NCBI RefSeq assembly: GCF_037042905.1
Contig: NC_087247.1
Span: 59,520,001-59,584,000 of the forward strand
Source: Lytechinus pictus
Lineage: Eukaryota
Length of the DNA stretch: 64,000 bases
Direction: 5' to 3'
Under the pieces are notes generated by a model that made no database searches, was not told where the DNA came from, and worked only from the letters and a program-made list of their open reading frames with translations. This document shows, piece after piece, positions 37,780 through 50,539 of this stretch. Numbering within the stretch: position 1 is the first letter of the stretch; each line of letters begins with the position of its first letter. Position numbers and translations under genes: made by a program.

Positions 37780-40700
37780 ATGAGTCTAAGGACTCTCCTG
37801 AGCTATCCCATCATCAGATATATCCTGTTGCTTCCATTGTTCATCTTAACAACGCTAATTGGTATCTTATTTCTCCTTGGTGCGCTGATCTTCAAGGGAC
37901 CATCATGGGTATTCAGGAAGAAGAAAACTGGCTATGTTAGACCAGAGTGCCTTGATGAACCAAGTCTTGGTACTCACAAAGTCATCTCTCTTAAGGTAAA
38001 ACAAGTATATTTTGCTTATATTAAGACCCATAGTTATGCAGATTATGATGATAGATAGGTTTGTCAGTTTCATAATAACGGTAAGGTTTAAAAATGGTCA
38101 ACACTATATTTTGGATAAACTATGCTCTTTATGTTGTATCAAGTGAGTGATGATAGTGGTAGAATTCTGTAATTCCTGATTGGAAACATTTTATACAGAA
38201 CACATTATTTTCTTTGAATGAGCCTGGATAATTCACTCTTGTAACACGTTGAATTCAGATTACATGATTGTTAGCCAAGAAAAAAGAATGAGATAGATAT
38301 TATTATGGCAGCATAGATATTCTTGAATTATCAAATCATTATCATTTCATCTATGTATACATGACCAAAATTCAGGGGAAAATACTGCAAGTTGGTTTGA
38401 GTGATTTTATGATTGAGACAACAGTACCACCCTTTAGAATGATGGCATATCCTTTTTAAACATCTTGGCCCGTATTCTGAAGTCAGGTTTAACTTAGACT
38501 CAGGTTTAAAGTTGTGTTTTAAGTATGGGAAGCCAAAAGTATCAAATTTTTTATTAAGTTGTACGTTTCTTATGTTTACTGTGCTCTTTCCTGATTCATC
38601 GATGGTGAAGACAATAATCTATATACACTTCCTAGACAATTATGAATGATTTGAGAGCCAAATGAGCTAAAATATGATATCTCTACCGTTAGTGATTTAT
38701 GTAACAATTGGCTGTCCATACTTAAACCACAACTTTAAACCTGAGTTTAAGTAAAACCCGACTTCAGAATACGGGCCCATATGTACATGTATGAAGTATG
38801 GTTCTGAACAAATCCCTTACAATGTACAAGTAAACATGTATGGTATTGTAAGCCATTCAGGCTTTCAGATGTTTAAAACCAGTTACCATGGGGATGAATG
38901 GTTGTAATGTCATGCTTCTTTGATATATTGCTTTAAAGGGTTGCTGCCCAGATATTATGTTAGCCTTCACCTTCCTACATCAACACTATGCTTCACGTCA
39001 CAAATAATTAATTTGGGTATCTAATTTACAAATTAAAGTGGATGCAAAGTCATGAAAAATCAGATCTTTTATACTCCCAGCAGCTTAATTAAGTTTCATG
39101 GTTGTGCAGTCCATTCTAGTTTCCTAATAATCATTTGATGTTAATAGGTATATGTATATCCCTGAACATAGAACATCCAATCAGAGCATTTGATAAAGGG
39201 GGTAAAGGTCATCCTGACAATTTGCTCCATTCAGTAAAAGCTGAAAAATATTGAGAAATGATAATTAAGGCTTGATGAAAATCCATCAAAGAATAAGACA
39301 GTCGAGTCTTTTAATTTTGATTTTGTTCTGTCATATTTAAGCAGCTATCCCATAAGTAATATAATTCTATAAATTCACATTTTTATTGATTCATGAATTC
39401 TTAAATGTCTCTATCCCAGAAACCTCTGAAATGATGTATCTGATGATACAAATTGAATGCACAGGTAATATAATTTCTTATTTTTTATATCACATGCAGA
39501 TTTTCACCAAACCTACATCTATGATTTCTTTTGCTTTTTTTCAAAACAAATTTGTTATCAGGGTGAACCAACTCTTCAATAATTTTTTTTTTTTATTCGT
39601 ATTCCTTCTACTTTAGGACATAAAGCTTCATATTGTAGAGTCAGGTGATCCTAAGAATCCTTTGATGTTATTTCTACATGGCTTTCCAGAATGCTGGTAT
39701 TCATGGAGACATCAGATCAGAACATTCAATAAAGATTATCAGTAAGTATATCCTCATTATCAAAATGCCTAGGTATTGACAACGTGGTAATGCCCTTCAA
39801 TGAAAAAAATAAAAATGAACCAAACTATTTCTGTATGTATACTTATATTAATGGAACTAACTCCCCTAAACTTCTTTGAAAATTTCTGCAGTCTCAATGA
39901 ACCTTTATTACTTTAAACCTGAACATTGCATATGTGGAACATTAGGGCTACATATCATGCAAATACAAAGCGATGATAAGCTGATTAATAATTCTGATAC
40001 TGTATTCATGTATTGTAATAGAACACAATGGACCAATGTGAAATGCAAATAAATATCTTAATTTTCTAATAGAAAATATAACAACTTTGCCTGGGCTTTG
40101 TTTTTTTTTACTTTACAGCTGTGTTGCATTTGATATGAGAGGAGTTGGTGAGAGCGATGGCCCAGATGGAGTGTCTAATTACACCATGGATAAACTTGTT
40201 GGTACGAAGCACACACAAAAAGTGAAACAGAAATTATGTAACCAACTGTCAAACTATGCGAATATTACTGTAGAAGCTGTTATTTTTGGCAAGGGTTTTA
40301 TTTTCACGGATAAACAGCCGCGAACTCAACAATGTGCAAAAATATTGACAAACTTAGTTATCAGTGCCAATGTCCCCAACAGCAAAGCTTTGCTATTGAA
40401 AACATGATGTGTCAGTGTTTCCACAGGTCAAAAAGAAATTTCCGAAACTGAATCCCAAAGTTCCCTAAATTCATCTCCTGCATCTTTCAAGTTTGATATT
40501 TAACAAAATTCAGACAAAATACAGGGAGCCTAAAATTGGTCCAAGAGACCAAACTCAAAGAATTTAGCCTTTTTTGTTCGCACCCTTTCAAAACATATGA
40601 ACAAAATTACGAAATCTGAGTCCGCGCAGAAAATTTTGAGCTACTTATGAGGCAAACAATTCTTTAAATATAACATGAATATTGAAAGTTGCTAAATTTA

Positions 40701-43199
40701 ATTGTTGATTAACTACGATTTTCAGATTTCCCGAAATTTCTTCATTTCCTGAAGATTACCTGAAAATGATCAAAAGAATTCTGGAAATTTCCTTCAAAGT
40801 AGAAACACTGTGCTGTGTAATGAAAAAGTTGAAATATCCACCTATATTTAAAAAATAAGGTTGAAAATACAGTTAGTAATTCAAAACTTGCTAGAATTTC
40901 ACTAACAAAATCAGAGCCTAAATTACTTCCTGGCATATTTTCATCCACTTACTGTAATATTACAATGTATTTTGCATGAACTACATGTAATTTCATTTCA
41001 TTGTCATCTGATTGACTCTATGTACACAGGTACATTGGCAGCTATTTGCATACTTATTAATATTCATAAGTCACATGACCAGAGGTTTTAGAGGTGTAAG
41101 ATTCTGTTCACAAAATTCTACATTTTTTATGCCAATGCAATCCAACCAACAAACATGTACACTTTATAAGCATCTGAAAGAAATATTAATGTACATGTAA
41201 ACAAAAACCACCAATTAGAATCTTTAGTCAACTTGATATAATTTTTTTTTCTTTGAAGGTGACGTACATGACATGATCAAAACATTAGGACACAAGTCAT
41301 GTGTTTTAGTAGGACATGACTGGGGTGGTTTAATAGGATGGGAGTTTGCAGCTCGGTATCCAGATATGGTGGATAATTACATCCCAATGAATGTACCTCA
41401 TCCAGATAGATTTGCTGATTTCATCACCAGCTCTGTTGTCCAGATAATGTTGTCATGGTAAGATCAGGAGTTTTCCTCTTCAAGATTAAATAATTATTTT
41501 TGAGGAGATAGCAAACTAAAATTGAAAATCGTCATTTGGAAAAAGATCACTGTCTTTAGACTTTATTTTATGATCTTCTTCCAATTCTATTCAAGGGAAA
41601 GTAATTCTACAAATTAGAAGGCTTTAGTAATGATCAGCACTCATAGTTGCTCCCAAATTTATAATGTAATACTACACTAAATATTCTATGTTCCTGATAC
41701 ATACATGTAAGTGTTTCATGTACATGTATCTATATAGTACTTATCTAGTCTTAAAAGAATTTTACAGGAAAGGTCATTTTAAGTTATTCCTATTTGAAAA
41801 AAAAAATTATGAGATTTAAATTGTTAAAATACAAATCTCCAATATTTACTTTCAACCTTTTTTAATTTGTGCTTTTTATAAAATATTTTTCCTCATGGAA
41901 CATAACTATGTAGTTTCAATTTGTTCACATAAATGTGGAAATTTTGGATCACTAGAAAATAAAAAACAATTTCAAATTTTGCGAAGAGAGCACACAAAAA
42001 CACTTCCAACAGATATCAATTGAAATAAAATCATTATATCATATATATTATCTCTAAAACAAAAACACTTAATATTTCTTGGACAATTTCCTGCACTTTT
42101 TGTCTTTCTTTTGATTGAAAAACTTTGAAAACAATATACCGGTATATATATATATATATATGTATATATCCTACGAAAGGGCGAAGTCTATGAATGGGTT
42201 TATTCTGTCATAATACATATTTAGACGTAAAGACGAAGGTAGAGGGCGTTAAGGCGCATTACGAACATTGAAAGAAGACAAAAAAATTCGCCTTAAACAC
42301 AGATGTAAAGAAATATATATATATATATATTTATATATATTTATATATGTCATGAATTTATGTTTACCTAAGTTGTTGTTTACCTAAGTTGTAGTTTATC
42401 AATGATATTACAATTTTTTTAAATATTCTATCCCACCCTAGGTACATGCTGTTTTTCCAGTTGCCTTATCTACCAGAAATCCTAATGTCCATGGGGGACT
42501 ATGGCATGCTGAAAGAAGCATATAAGATTGGTCCAAATACAGACGAAGATGCTGAAGCCTTTAAGTATTCCATCTCTATGCCAGGTAATATCAATTCTGA
42601 TTGATTTGGGTTCATAATTTCATATCTATAAAAATTTCAAATCTCAGCGATAGAATTGCATTGACTTAAGTGGCTATACCGTCTGATTCTGGAGTGACAG
42701 TCGCTGGGAGTCTGAAAATACAAGATAATTTCAAATTGAATTTGGTTGATTAGAGATGTCATCCCCATGTACTCAACATGACTGTATGCAATGTGGAATA
42801 TAATTACCACTTATAAATAAGAAGTCACTTTCTTAGATTTAGTTCCTACGTAGACCTATGAAACTGATTATCTTGCCATGAATATCTGATTATGTTCAAT
42901 ACTTACAAATTTTGTAGACCTATATCTTGTTTTTCTTTAAAGGTCGGTCAACCACCTTTGTCAACTACTATCGGAACATCATCGGGGCTATCTTTAACCA
43001 GCCATGTGGGAAAGTTTCTGTGCCAACTTTGTTGATTTGGGGAACAGGAGATGCAGCATTTAATATCAAGCTTTCACATGACACTGAGAAGTACTGTCCC
43101 AAGATCATTGTTAAGAGGATAGAAGGTGGTCATCATAGCATTCAACAAGAACAACCAGATGTAGTTAATAATTTCTTGAAACAATACTTGAATAATTGA
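37780..43199 (+). CDS. Epoxide hydrolase 3/4-like alpha/beta hydrolase, copy 3 (340 aa)
   Basis: Exons 37780-37995, 39617-39741, 40119-40201, 41259-41457, 42442-42584, 42943-43199 = 1023 nt, with the same intron phases as copies 1 and 2. HGFP, GHDWGG, NYYRN, WGTGD and EGGHH are intact. Confidence 0.9.
38467..38777. mobile_element. MITE with GGCCC ends (Harbinger-like)
   Basis: ~50-bp IR GGCCCGTATTCTGAAGTC..GTTT.ACTT..ACTCAGGTTTAAAGTTGTG, mirrored at 38728-38777. Confidence 0.8.
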
Positions 43200-43510
43200 A
43201 TATAAGGTTGGTACTTGTGTTTAGGCAACACCAAGACATTGTTAATGACCTAATGGAAAATACTTGAATGATAAATAGTGAATTTAAAAAAAACATAAGA
43301 TAGAAAAACTGTGCAAAAGAAAATAAAAAATATGGAAATGCTGTTCAGGCTTTTTCAAAAGGAGTGACTATTTGAAGTCATGCTTAATTAAAAAAAAACA
43401 TGTAGGCCTATATATTTACCACATAGTTTTGATGATTCTGCATGCATTACTTAGTTTGCAATATGATGTATGATATACTATAAGTAGAAATATGAGCAAC
43501 TTTATATTAA

Positions 43511-44094
43511 AGGAGAATGAAACCCTTGAAACCAGCTGAATCCATATCAAAGAGAAAAATCAAAGAAACATATTGTTGAAAGTTTGAGGAAGATTGAATG
43601 AATAATAAGAAAGTTATGAGCATTTGAATATTGAGACCACTAATGCCATGTAGATCCTCCTATTGGCAATGCGACCAAGATCTGTGATGTCACACACGTA
43701 CAACTCCCTCATTACTTTAGTACTTATTTCACTTATATTCTCACTTTTATAGAGTCTATCACAAGGTTAGGTGTTTTCTTTATGAGAGGACAAGTACAGA
43801 GGTTTCACAACATTATATCATTGATGAATCATTTGTCATATGATTAGAATGAGCAAAAAGAGATGTTTTGGGGTATATTTTCAGTGTCCAAAAGGGGAGA
43901 GTTGTTCATCTGTGACATCATAGATCTTGGTCGCATTGCCAATGGGAGGATCTCCATAGCATTAGTGATCTCGACATTCAAATGCTCATAACTCTTCTAT
44001 TGCTTGTCCTATTTTACTCAAACTTTTGTTAATCTTATTCTTTGATTTTTCTGCTTTCACAAAAGCTAACTTGCTCCAAGAGTTTCATTCTCCT
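43511..44094. mobile_element. TTAA-flanked MITE (Kolobok-like)
   Basis: TTAA|AGGAGAATGAAAC ... GTTTCATTCTCCT|TTAA. Long internal mirrored segment (ATTGGCAATGCGACCAAGATC / GATCTTGGTCGCATTGCCAAT). Confidence 0.85.
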
Positions 44095-44845
44095 TTAATA
44101 TAAGTTAGAAAGCTTCTCATGTTAGTGTTATTTCATATTAAAGTTTAATACTACATTATATGAATGAGTCTGTCCTAAAAACGTTACAGTGTAACATAAA
44201 AAATGTATTTTAGTATAGTGTATTGTACAGGAAAATTTATTATTCTTGGGAAGCATTTGTTATAAAAATAACTCAGTATTTTTGTCCAAAAAAATGTGAA
44301 ATTGTTAAAATGATAAGAATTTTCAAATTACTGATTTGGTGAAGTGATCAGAGGAGCAAGTTATTGAGTTTCATTTCAGCCTTTGTTTTGAGTCTTGCTG
44401 TGAACAGTACAAACTTGCAGTGGGAAGAAAGGTGCATGTGTGCCATAATGATTCATCTTATTTTCAAGTTTGACAATGTTTCACTTTGAAATCTTAACTA
44501 ATTTCTAAAACATTTTAGTTTTTTTAAGATTATTTAAATATATCTTCAGAACATTTCATTGAAAACTAACATCAATATATATTAGATAATTGATTTTTGT
44601 CTGTCTGTTATAAGTTGGTGCTTTCTTTTTCTTCCTTCCTTCCTTCCTTAAATTATTTCCTTTCTTTCTTTCTTCTATTGTTATTATCAGTGATTTCCCT
44701 TTTATGTTGTGTGCCTTGGTCAACTACAAAGTACATGAAAATATATGAGAGGAAATTTCTTCCTTCCTTCCTTCCTGAAATTATTTCCTTTCTTTCTCTC
44801 TCTCTCTCTTTCTTTCTTTAGTTCCTTCCTTAAATTCGTTCATTC

Positions 44846-44984
44846 NNNNNNNNNNNNNNNNNNNNNNNNNNNNNNNNNNNNNNNNNNNNNNNNNNNNNNN
44901 NNNNNNNNNNNNNNNNNNNNNNNNNNNNNNNNNNNNNNNNNNNNNNNNNNNNNNNNNNNNNNNNNNNNNNNNNNNNNNNNNNNN
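44846..44984. other. Assembly gap (139 N)
   Basis: Run of N; preceded by (TTCC)n/(CT)n low-complexity sequence. Confidence 1.
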
Positions 44985-46586
44985 TCCCTTTTATGTTGTG
45001 TGCCTTGGTCAACTACAAAGTACATGAAAATATATGAGAGGAAATTTATCAAACAACATATTGATCCTTAGGCCCCCCCCCAAAAAAAAACTGTTGTATT
45101 GGAGTAACGGGTCACTGAAAAATAGGGTAGGTACGGTGGGGAGGGGGGGGGTTCCTTCTTCTTCCAATCTGCACATATATTCCACTAACATCATTTATAC
45201 TACCACACACACACACAAGACTGACACTCATACATGTATATGTACATGCATAAACTCAATGAAGACGGGTTCATTTTGCTAGCTAAACAGGATTTTAGGC
45301 CCAAGTTTGCCCGTGACCTTCACAGTGTAACGCCACGTTGATGTAAACAGCTCACCAGTAAAGTGTCTAGTGATATCATTATCCAGGCCATGCACTAGGC
45401 TGTGGCTAGCGGTCGGCTCCACTAGCTAGAAAGCTGTAGATACAGCGATACGGCGAAGGGGCTCCAGACCAGTCGCCCTCGAGACAGGCCGCCCTACGAC
45501 ATGTCACTCTATTAAATCGTACGTGAGAGTATCTCCTCTCACGAGTAGGGAAACAAGTCAAGTCACCCTCATAAACATGAGGGTGACCTCACTGTCCTCG
45601 GGCGACTTGACCCTGATCCAGGCGTAGATATCATTCCAATATTAAGCGGAATTGGGCACGCTTATGAATACTAAATACATCTCTACGGTGCTCACAAAGA
45701 AACTCTTGCCAAAGCCGCTCGAAACAAATATTTTTTTTTGCTTTTCAAATTGTACCTGGACGAAATGAAATGCATTTTTAGGTGAATTTTTTGTTCCTTT
45801 TTGCTGGCTGTCAAATTTTCCTTCCAAAAGGAAAATGTGCCCCCCCCCCCTTTTAGAAAATCCTGGATCCGCCCCTGCACATGACCATGTGATAATTTTT
45901 AATCTTATTCTTAAAAGTAAATTATCAGACACGGATCCAGGAATGGAGGAACGGGGGCATGCATCCCCCCCCCCCCCCCGCTGCCCTAAGATCTACATAT
46001 GGGAGAAGCTCCGAAAAAGCTGTTGACCTGCTCTTGACCCTTTCAAGATTTTCAGTTTTTTTAACTCCCCCCTTCATGCAGGTATATCCTGGACCCGCCT
46101 CTACTTCAGCCTTTGAACAAAAAAGATTACACAGCTTGTAATACAGTCATACAAAAAAACACAATTCAACTTCATATCTCTTGCTCCCCCCCTCCTCATA
46201 AGCATGAATCTCCCCACTTCGTACTTGCAGCAATTCAGCCACTCTCGTGATCACATGACACATGCACACACAGCATATCCTAATATCATTCAGCATTGCT
46301 GGAGTCATAGAGGTACACGTACAGTGCAACTTGCAAATGAGTGTTGGCAGCCAAAAACATCTCATGAATAAATTAGCATGAATATGCCCCCCCCCCCCCA
46401 TTTCTCTGCAAAAGATCATGATATGACAACAAAAATGTACAAGATGGTAGAAAATGACATTAACTACTTAATAGAATTTTTTTAAATTTGAATTTATTAA
46501 CAAACTTCATTCATATGGCATGAATATTTTGTTTTAAAATATATACAATGATAACATATATAAACAAAAACATTCATAACTGTATG

Positions 46587-48064
46587 GGGTCATTCCATGC
46601 CAATTCACCCTATGAATGTGCAATTTTGCACCCGACCCTCTCGGAATTTGTTGTAAATTGGTACACATAAAATTCACCATGGCCCACGCACAAAACAAAA
46701 AAAAATAAGTCCAATTGGTCCGTCGGTTCTCGCGCTACGGCCCGCCCTTTTCTCCTTGTTTTGACAAAAATGGGCGTGACCTTCAACTTTCAATGGCCAC
46801 TGCGTCGTAACGTGTTGACCAATTTTCATGAAACTGGTACCATTTATTACGAAATTCAGAGAGGAATCCAAAACATGCATCAAATAATGTATTGGAGCGA
46901 TTTATAAGGTCGTGACCCTTGACCTTTACTTTGACCTTGAATTTGACCCCCGGACAAATAATTTTTTAACTTGATTTTCGTGTATGTTAATTATTAGTAT
47001 GATATTGACAAAATATGTTAAAATCAATGATGATAATTTATTTCTTCACCTTTTAAAACTGTTCCAAAGATACCATGAAATTTCACTCTAGTCCTACATA
47101 CTGATATTCATGTTAGTAAAGTGTTTACCAGTTACATGATTTCTTCCAATCTGAAGTTACAGTATGCATGCACATGAAAAGAAATTAAGCTCATCAGTTC
47201 ACAAATGAAACATTAAACATTTATGCTCATGAATAGGTATCTGTTTAGGCATTTTGATGTTCAGCAATATATATCATATATTATATATATATATATAGAT
47301 CTTCTTGTTAGTAAATAGGCATATACTCAACAATTTGATTATAAAAGTAAACACTTTACTAACAAGATTATATATATATATATATATGATATATATTGCT
47401 GAACATCAAAATGCCTAAACAGATACCTTTTCATGAGCATAAATGTTTAATGTTTCATTTGTGAACTGATGAGCTTAATTTCTTTTCATGTGTTTGCATA
47501 CGTAACTTAAGATTGGAAGAAATCATGTAACTGGTCAACACTTTTACTAACATGAATATTAGTATGTGGGACTAGAGTGAAATTTCATGGAATCTTTGGA
47601 AGAGTTTTTAAAGGTGAAGAAATAAAATATCATCATTGGTTTTAACATATTTTGTCAATATCATACTAATAATTAACATACACGAAAATCAAGTAAAAAA
47701 AATATTTGTCCGGGGGTCAAATTCAAGGTCAAAGTAAAGGTCAAAGGTCACGACCTTATAAATCGCTCCAATACATTTTTTGATGCATGTTTTGGATTCC
47801 TCTCTGAATTTCCTAATAAATGGTACCAGTTTCATGAAAATTGGTCAACACATTACGACGCAGTGGCCATTGAAAGTTGAAGGTCATGCCCATTTTTGTC
47901 AAAACAAGGAGAAAAGGGCGGGCCGTAGTGCGAGAACCGACGGACCAATTGGACTTATTTTTTTTGTTTTGTGCGAGGCCATGGTGAATTTTATGTGTAC
48001 CAAATTACAACGAATTCTGAGACGGTCGGGTGCAACCACTGGGTGAATCCAGATGGAATGACCC
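46587..48064. mobile_element. 1478-bp almost fully palindromic TIR element with a 4-bp TSD (Sola2-like termini)
   Basis: TATG|GGGTCATTCCAT ... ATGGAATGACCC|TATG. Arms ~46587-47314 and ~47355-48064 are near-identical in inverted orientation. Mirror ORFs 46674-46883(-) and 47780-48046(+) in the track confirm this. Confidence 0.9.
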
Positions 48065-48197
48065 TATGTCGTATAAATCAGTAATACATCAATACATAGA
48101 TTTCCAATTATTATATAATAAATGAGGTTACACGTCCCACATGCTCGCACTGTTAGTGTTACTTTATCAGAAAACTTTTATTCCTGATGCCATTACT

Positions 48198-50026
48198 CAA
48201 GGCTCGACATTAGCGGTGGCCCGGTGGCCCGGGGCCACCAGAAATTCACCTCGGGCAACCATTATTGATAAAATGTTAAGTTTTGGTGGCCCGAATCGGG
48301 CAACCAATAATTTTCAAAGTAGCGCAATTTTTCTCCCGATTTTGCACGCATTTATCAACTTTCTACAGTTCAAATTGCAACCCAGTTCGTCATGCGCCCT
48401 TTTTGTTGATCTACACACAAATACACACACACAAAGTTTGCATATTAGGCCTACAGCTATAGCATACAGTAGCTATTATCCAGCCAGCCGCGCCGGCCGG
48501 CTGGCGTGAGCTTTGCATGAAGCCACTGCATACAGCTGTGCTCTAGATGGTGCTGCGATAAAAAATGTTGCTGCTAAGAAATCTTCCACAGAACTTTGAA
48601 AATCTGAGTCAAATCACATTTTACACCAGTGAAATGACATTCTACAGTCTATATTACGAAAATTTGGAGTACCCTGATTATTTGCAAGCATTAAGAAGAG
48701 GAATTATGACCTCTCTTTTGACTACAAAAGACCGATTTCCAAATGAATTAATACACATAAAAACACATAGGCAAGTACATCACAGTCCCACGTGTGCATT
48801 TGTATGTATGTTGATACTTGGTTTCTTTCGTAGAGCTCTTTTCTAGCCAAAAATAAACAGACAGTTTCTTTCTTTCTTGTTTATAATTGACTTCTAAACC
48901 ACTCTTGAGAAAGTAAATACTTTGGGAAGGCATTTCATTGATATAAAATGTGAATTTTTCCAACATTTTGGCAAATATAGGGAAGAACTTTTCTCACACT
49001 TTTTTTCCAGATATAACTTTTGCCGTTTTCTTATTTTTTTTCTTTCATTTTTTTAACAGTGGTTAAACCATTTATACCCCTTCCCATTGAATATGCCTGA
49101 TTGAAAAATATGTTTCTACTGAAAAAAAAATAATATAAACTAAAGGATATAAAAATAGAAATATGCCATTCCCAGAAGGTAAGTGAAAATTATTTGCTTG
49201 GCTTTTAATTATATTCCAGTCAGAATAGACTATTGCCACAGCTGTTAAAAAATATTCGTAATGGCTTCTTAATTTTCCCCATGTTTATATTAATTTTGTT
49301 TTATTCATTTTTCTTTCACTTTCTTTTCTTTTTTTTCTCTCTAAATTTTTTCGTTTCTTTTTTTCCCTGTTCTTTGTTTTTTCTTTCTTCATTTTCTTTC
49401 TTTTGTTTTATTTCACTTATTTCTTTTATTATTTTTGTTTTCTTTTTGTAATATACTTTTTGAAAATTATTTTCATTTGTTTCCCCCTTTTATGCATTGT
49501 TCTAATTTTGCAGCATATTTTTCTGTGATTTTCTCCTGCTATAATATGCTGCAAAAGAGAAAACAGAAATAAACTGGATTTGGGGCCTGCATAATCTAGG
49601 TTTTAGGATTCAAAGAGGAAGAAATGAAAAACCAATGTTTTGTACATCTATCTGAGTTTGCTATGCACTATTTATTTACTTTACCAATATGAGTGTGTGT
49701 CTATACGGATATAAAAAAAAGTCCACACAACCTGCGAACAATAAAATTCATTTCTCTTTCAATCATTTCATTTTTACAACGATAGAAACAATTTATATTT
49801 TACCACAAGCCAATTAGCAAAGTAGAATAACAGCAAACAAGGTTTACATACAAGATGATGAAGTGAAAGTAACTTAGTGGTAGTGGCTGCAGAATTAATA
49901 TTTCAGAAGTTTGTTTTATTAATTTTTAATGTGTTTCTTTATATTTTTCGGGCCACCAAAAAAAAATTTTGATGGTTTTGGTGGCCCGAACGGGCCACCA
50001 CCAAAAAAAGTTAATGTGGAGCCTTG
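48198..50026. mobile_element. 1829-bp non-autonomous TIR element with a 7-bp TSD
   Basis: CATTACT|CAAGGCTCGACATTA ... TAATGTGGAGCCTTG|CATTACT. Subterminal GGTGGCCCG/CGGGCCACC motifs at both ends. No transposase ORF. Confidence 0.8.
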
Positions 50027-50092
50027 CATTACTAGACTGTGGAATATTCTCCCTGCCATTACAGTTAAATGCACTTCAGTAGCCAGCTTCAA

Positions 50093-50539
50093 CAGTAGAG
50101 GCGCACGGCCAATATTGGAGACTGTCTCCAATGTGGGAGATTATCTCCAATATCAGAGACTTTTGTAAAGAATTTGGGTATCCAATTTCAGAGACAGTCT
50201 CCAGTTTTGGAGTCCAATTTCCTTTGTTTACATTTGCTGCAAAAGGATTACCTTGGCGGCAAATAAAAATGTGATAAGCAGATTCCTCATGAAAAATTAC
50301 CCTTTTCACCGTCTACTTTAAATATTCACCGTCTACTTTTGTTTTGATAAGGATTTTTGTTGTCGATCACACACAAAACAAATGGGCTTCTGACCTCAGT
50401 GAGACAAAATTTTGGGTGGAAAAAATCATGCTTTTGTTGGTGGTTTCTTTTGTCCTTTCGCAAAGCAAGTCTCCAATGTGGGAGATTGTCTCCCCTATTG
50501 GAGAGAGTCTCCCATATTATTGGCCGTGCGCCTCTACTG
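50093..50539. mobile_element. 447-bp MITE with a 5-bp TSD
   Basis: TTCAA|CAGTAGAGGCGCACGGCCAATA ... TATTGGCCGTGCGCCTCTACTG|TTCAA. Internal GGAGA...TCTCC mini-palindromes. Confidence 0.85.

Noticed and set aside
22937-43199. Renilla-luciferase/haloalkane-dehalogenase identity for the GHDWG hydrolases
   Set aside because: [13 protein letters not shown], the NYYRN tyrosine motif and the N-terminal anchor are epoxide-hydrolase features; luciferase/dehalogenase-type proteins usually have HGN at that position.
44696-45047. ~63-bp direct repeat on both sides of the first N gap
   Set aside because: Most simply a contig-overlap or haplotype artefact next to low-complexity (TTCC)n; cannot be resolved without reads.
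50093-50539. RAG/Transib-like element suggested by the 5-bp TSD
   Set aside because: Termini are CAG..CTG, not CAC..GTG; no RSS-like heptamer/nonamer and no transposase.
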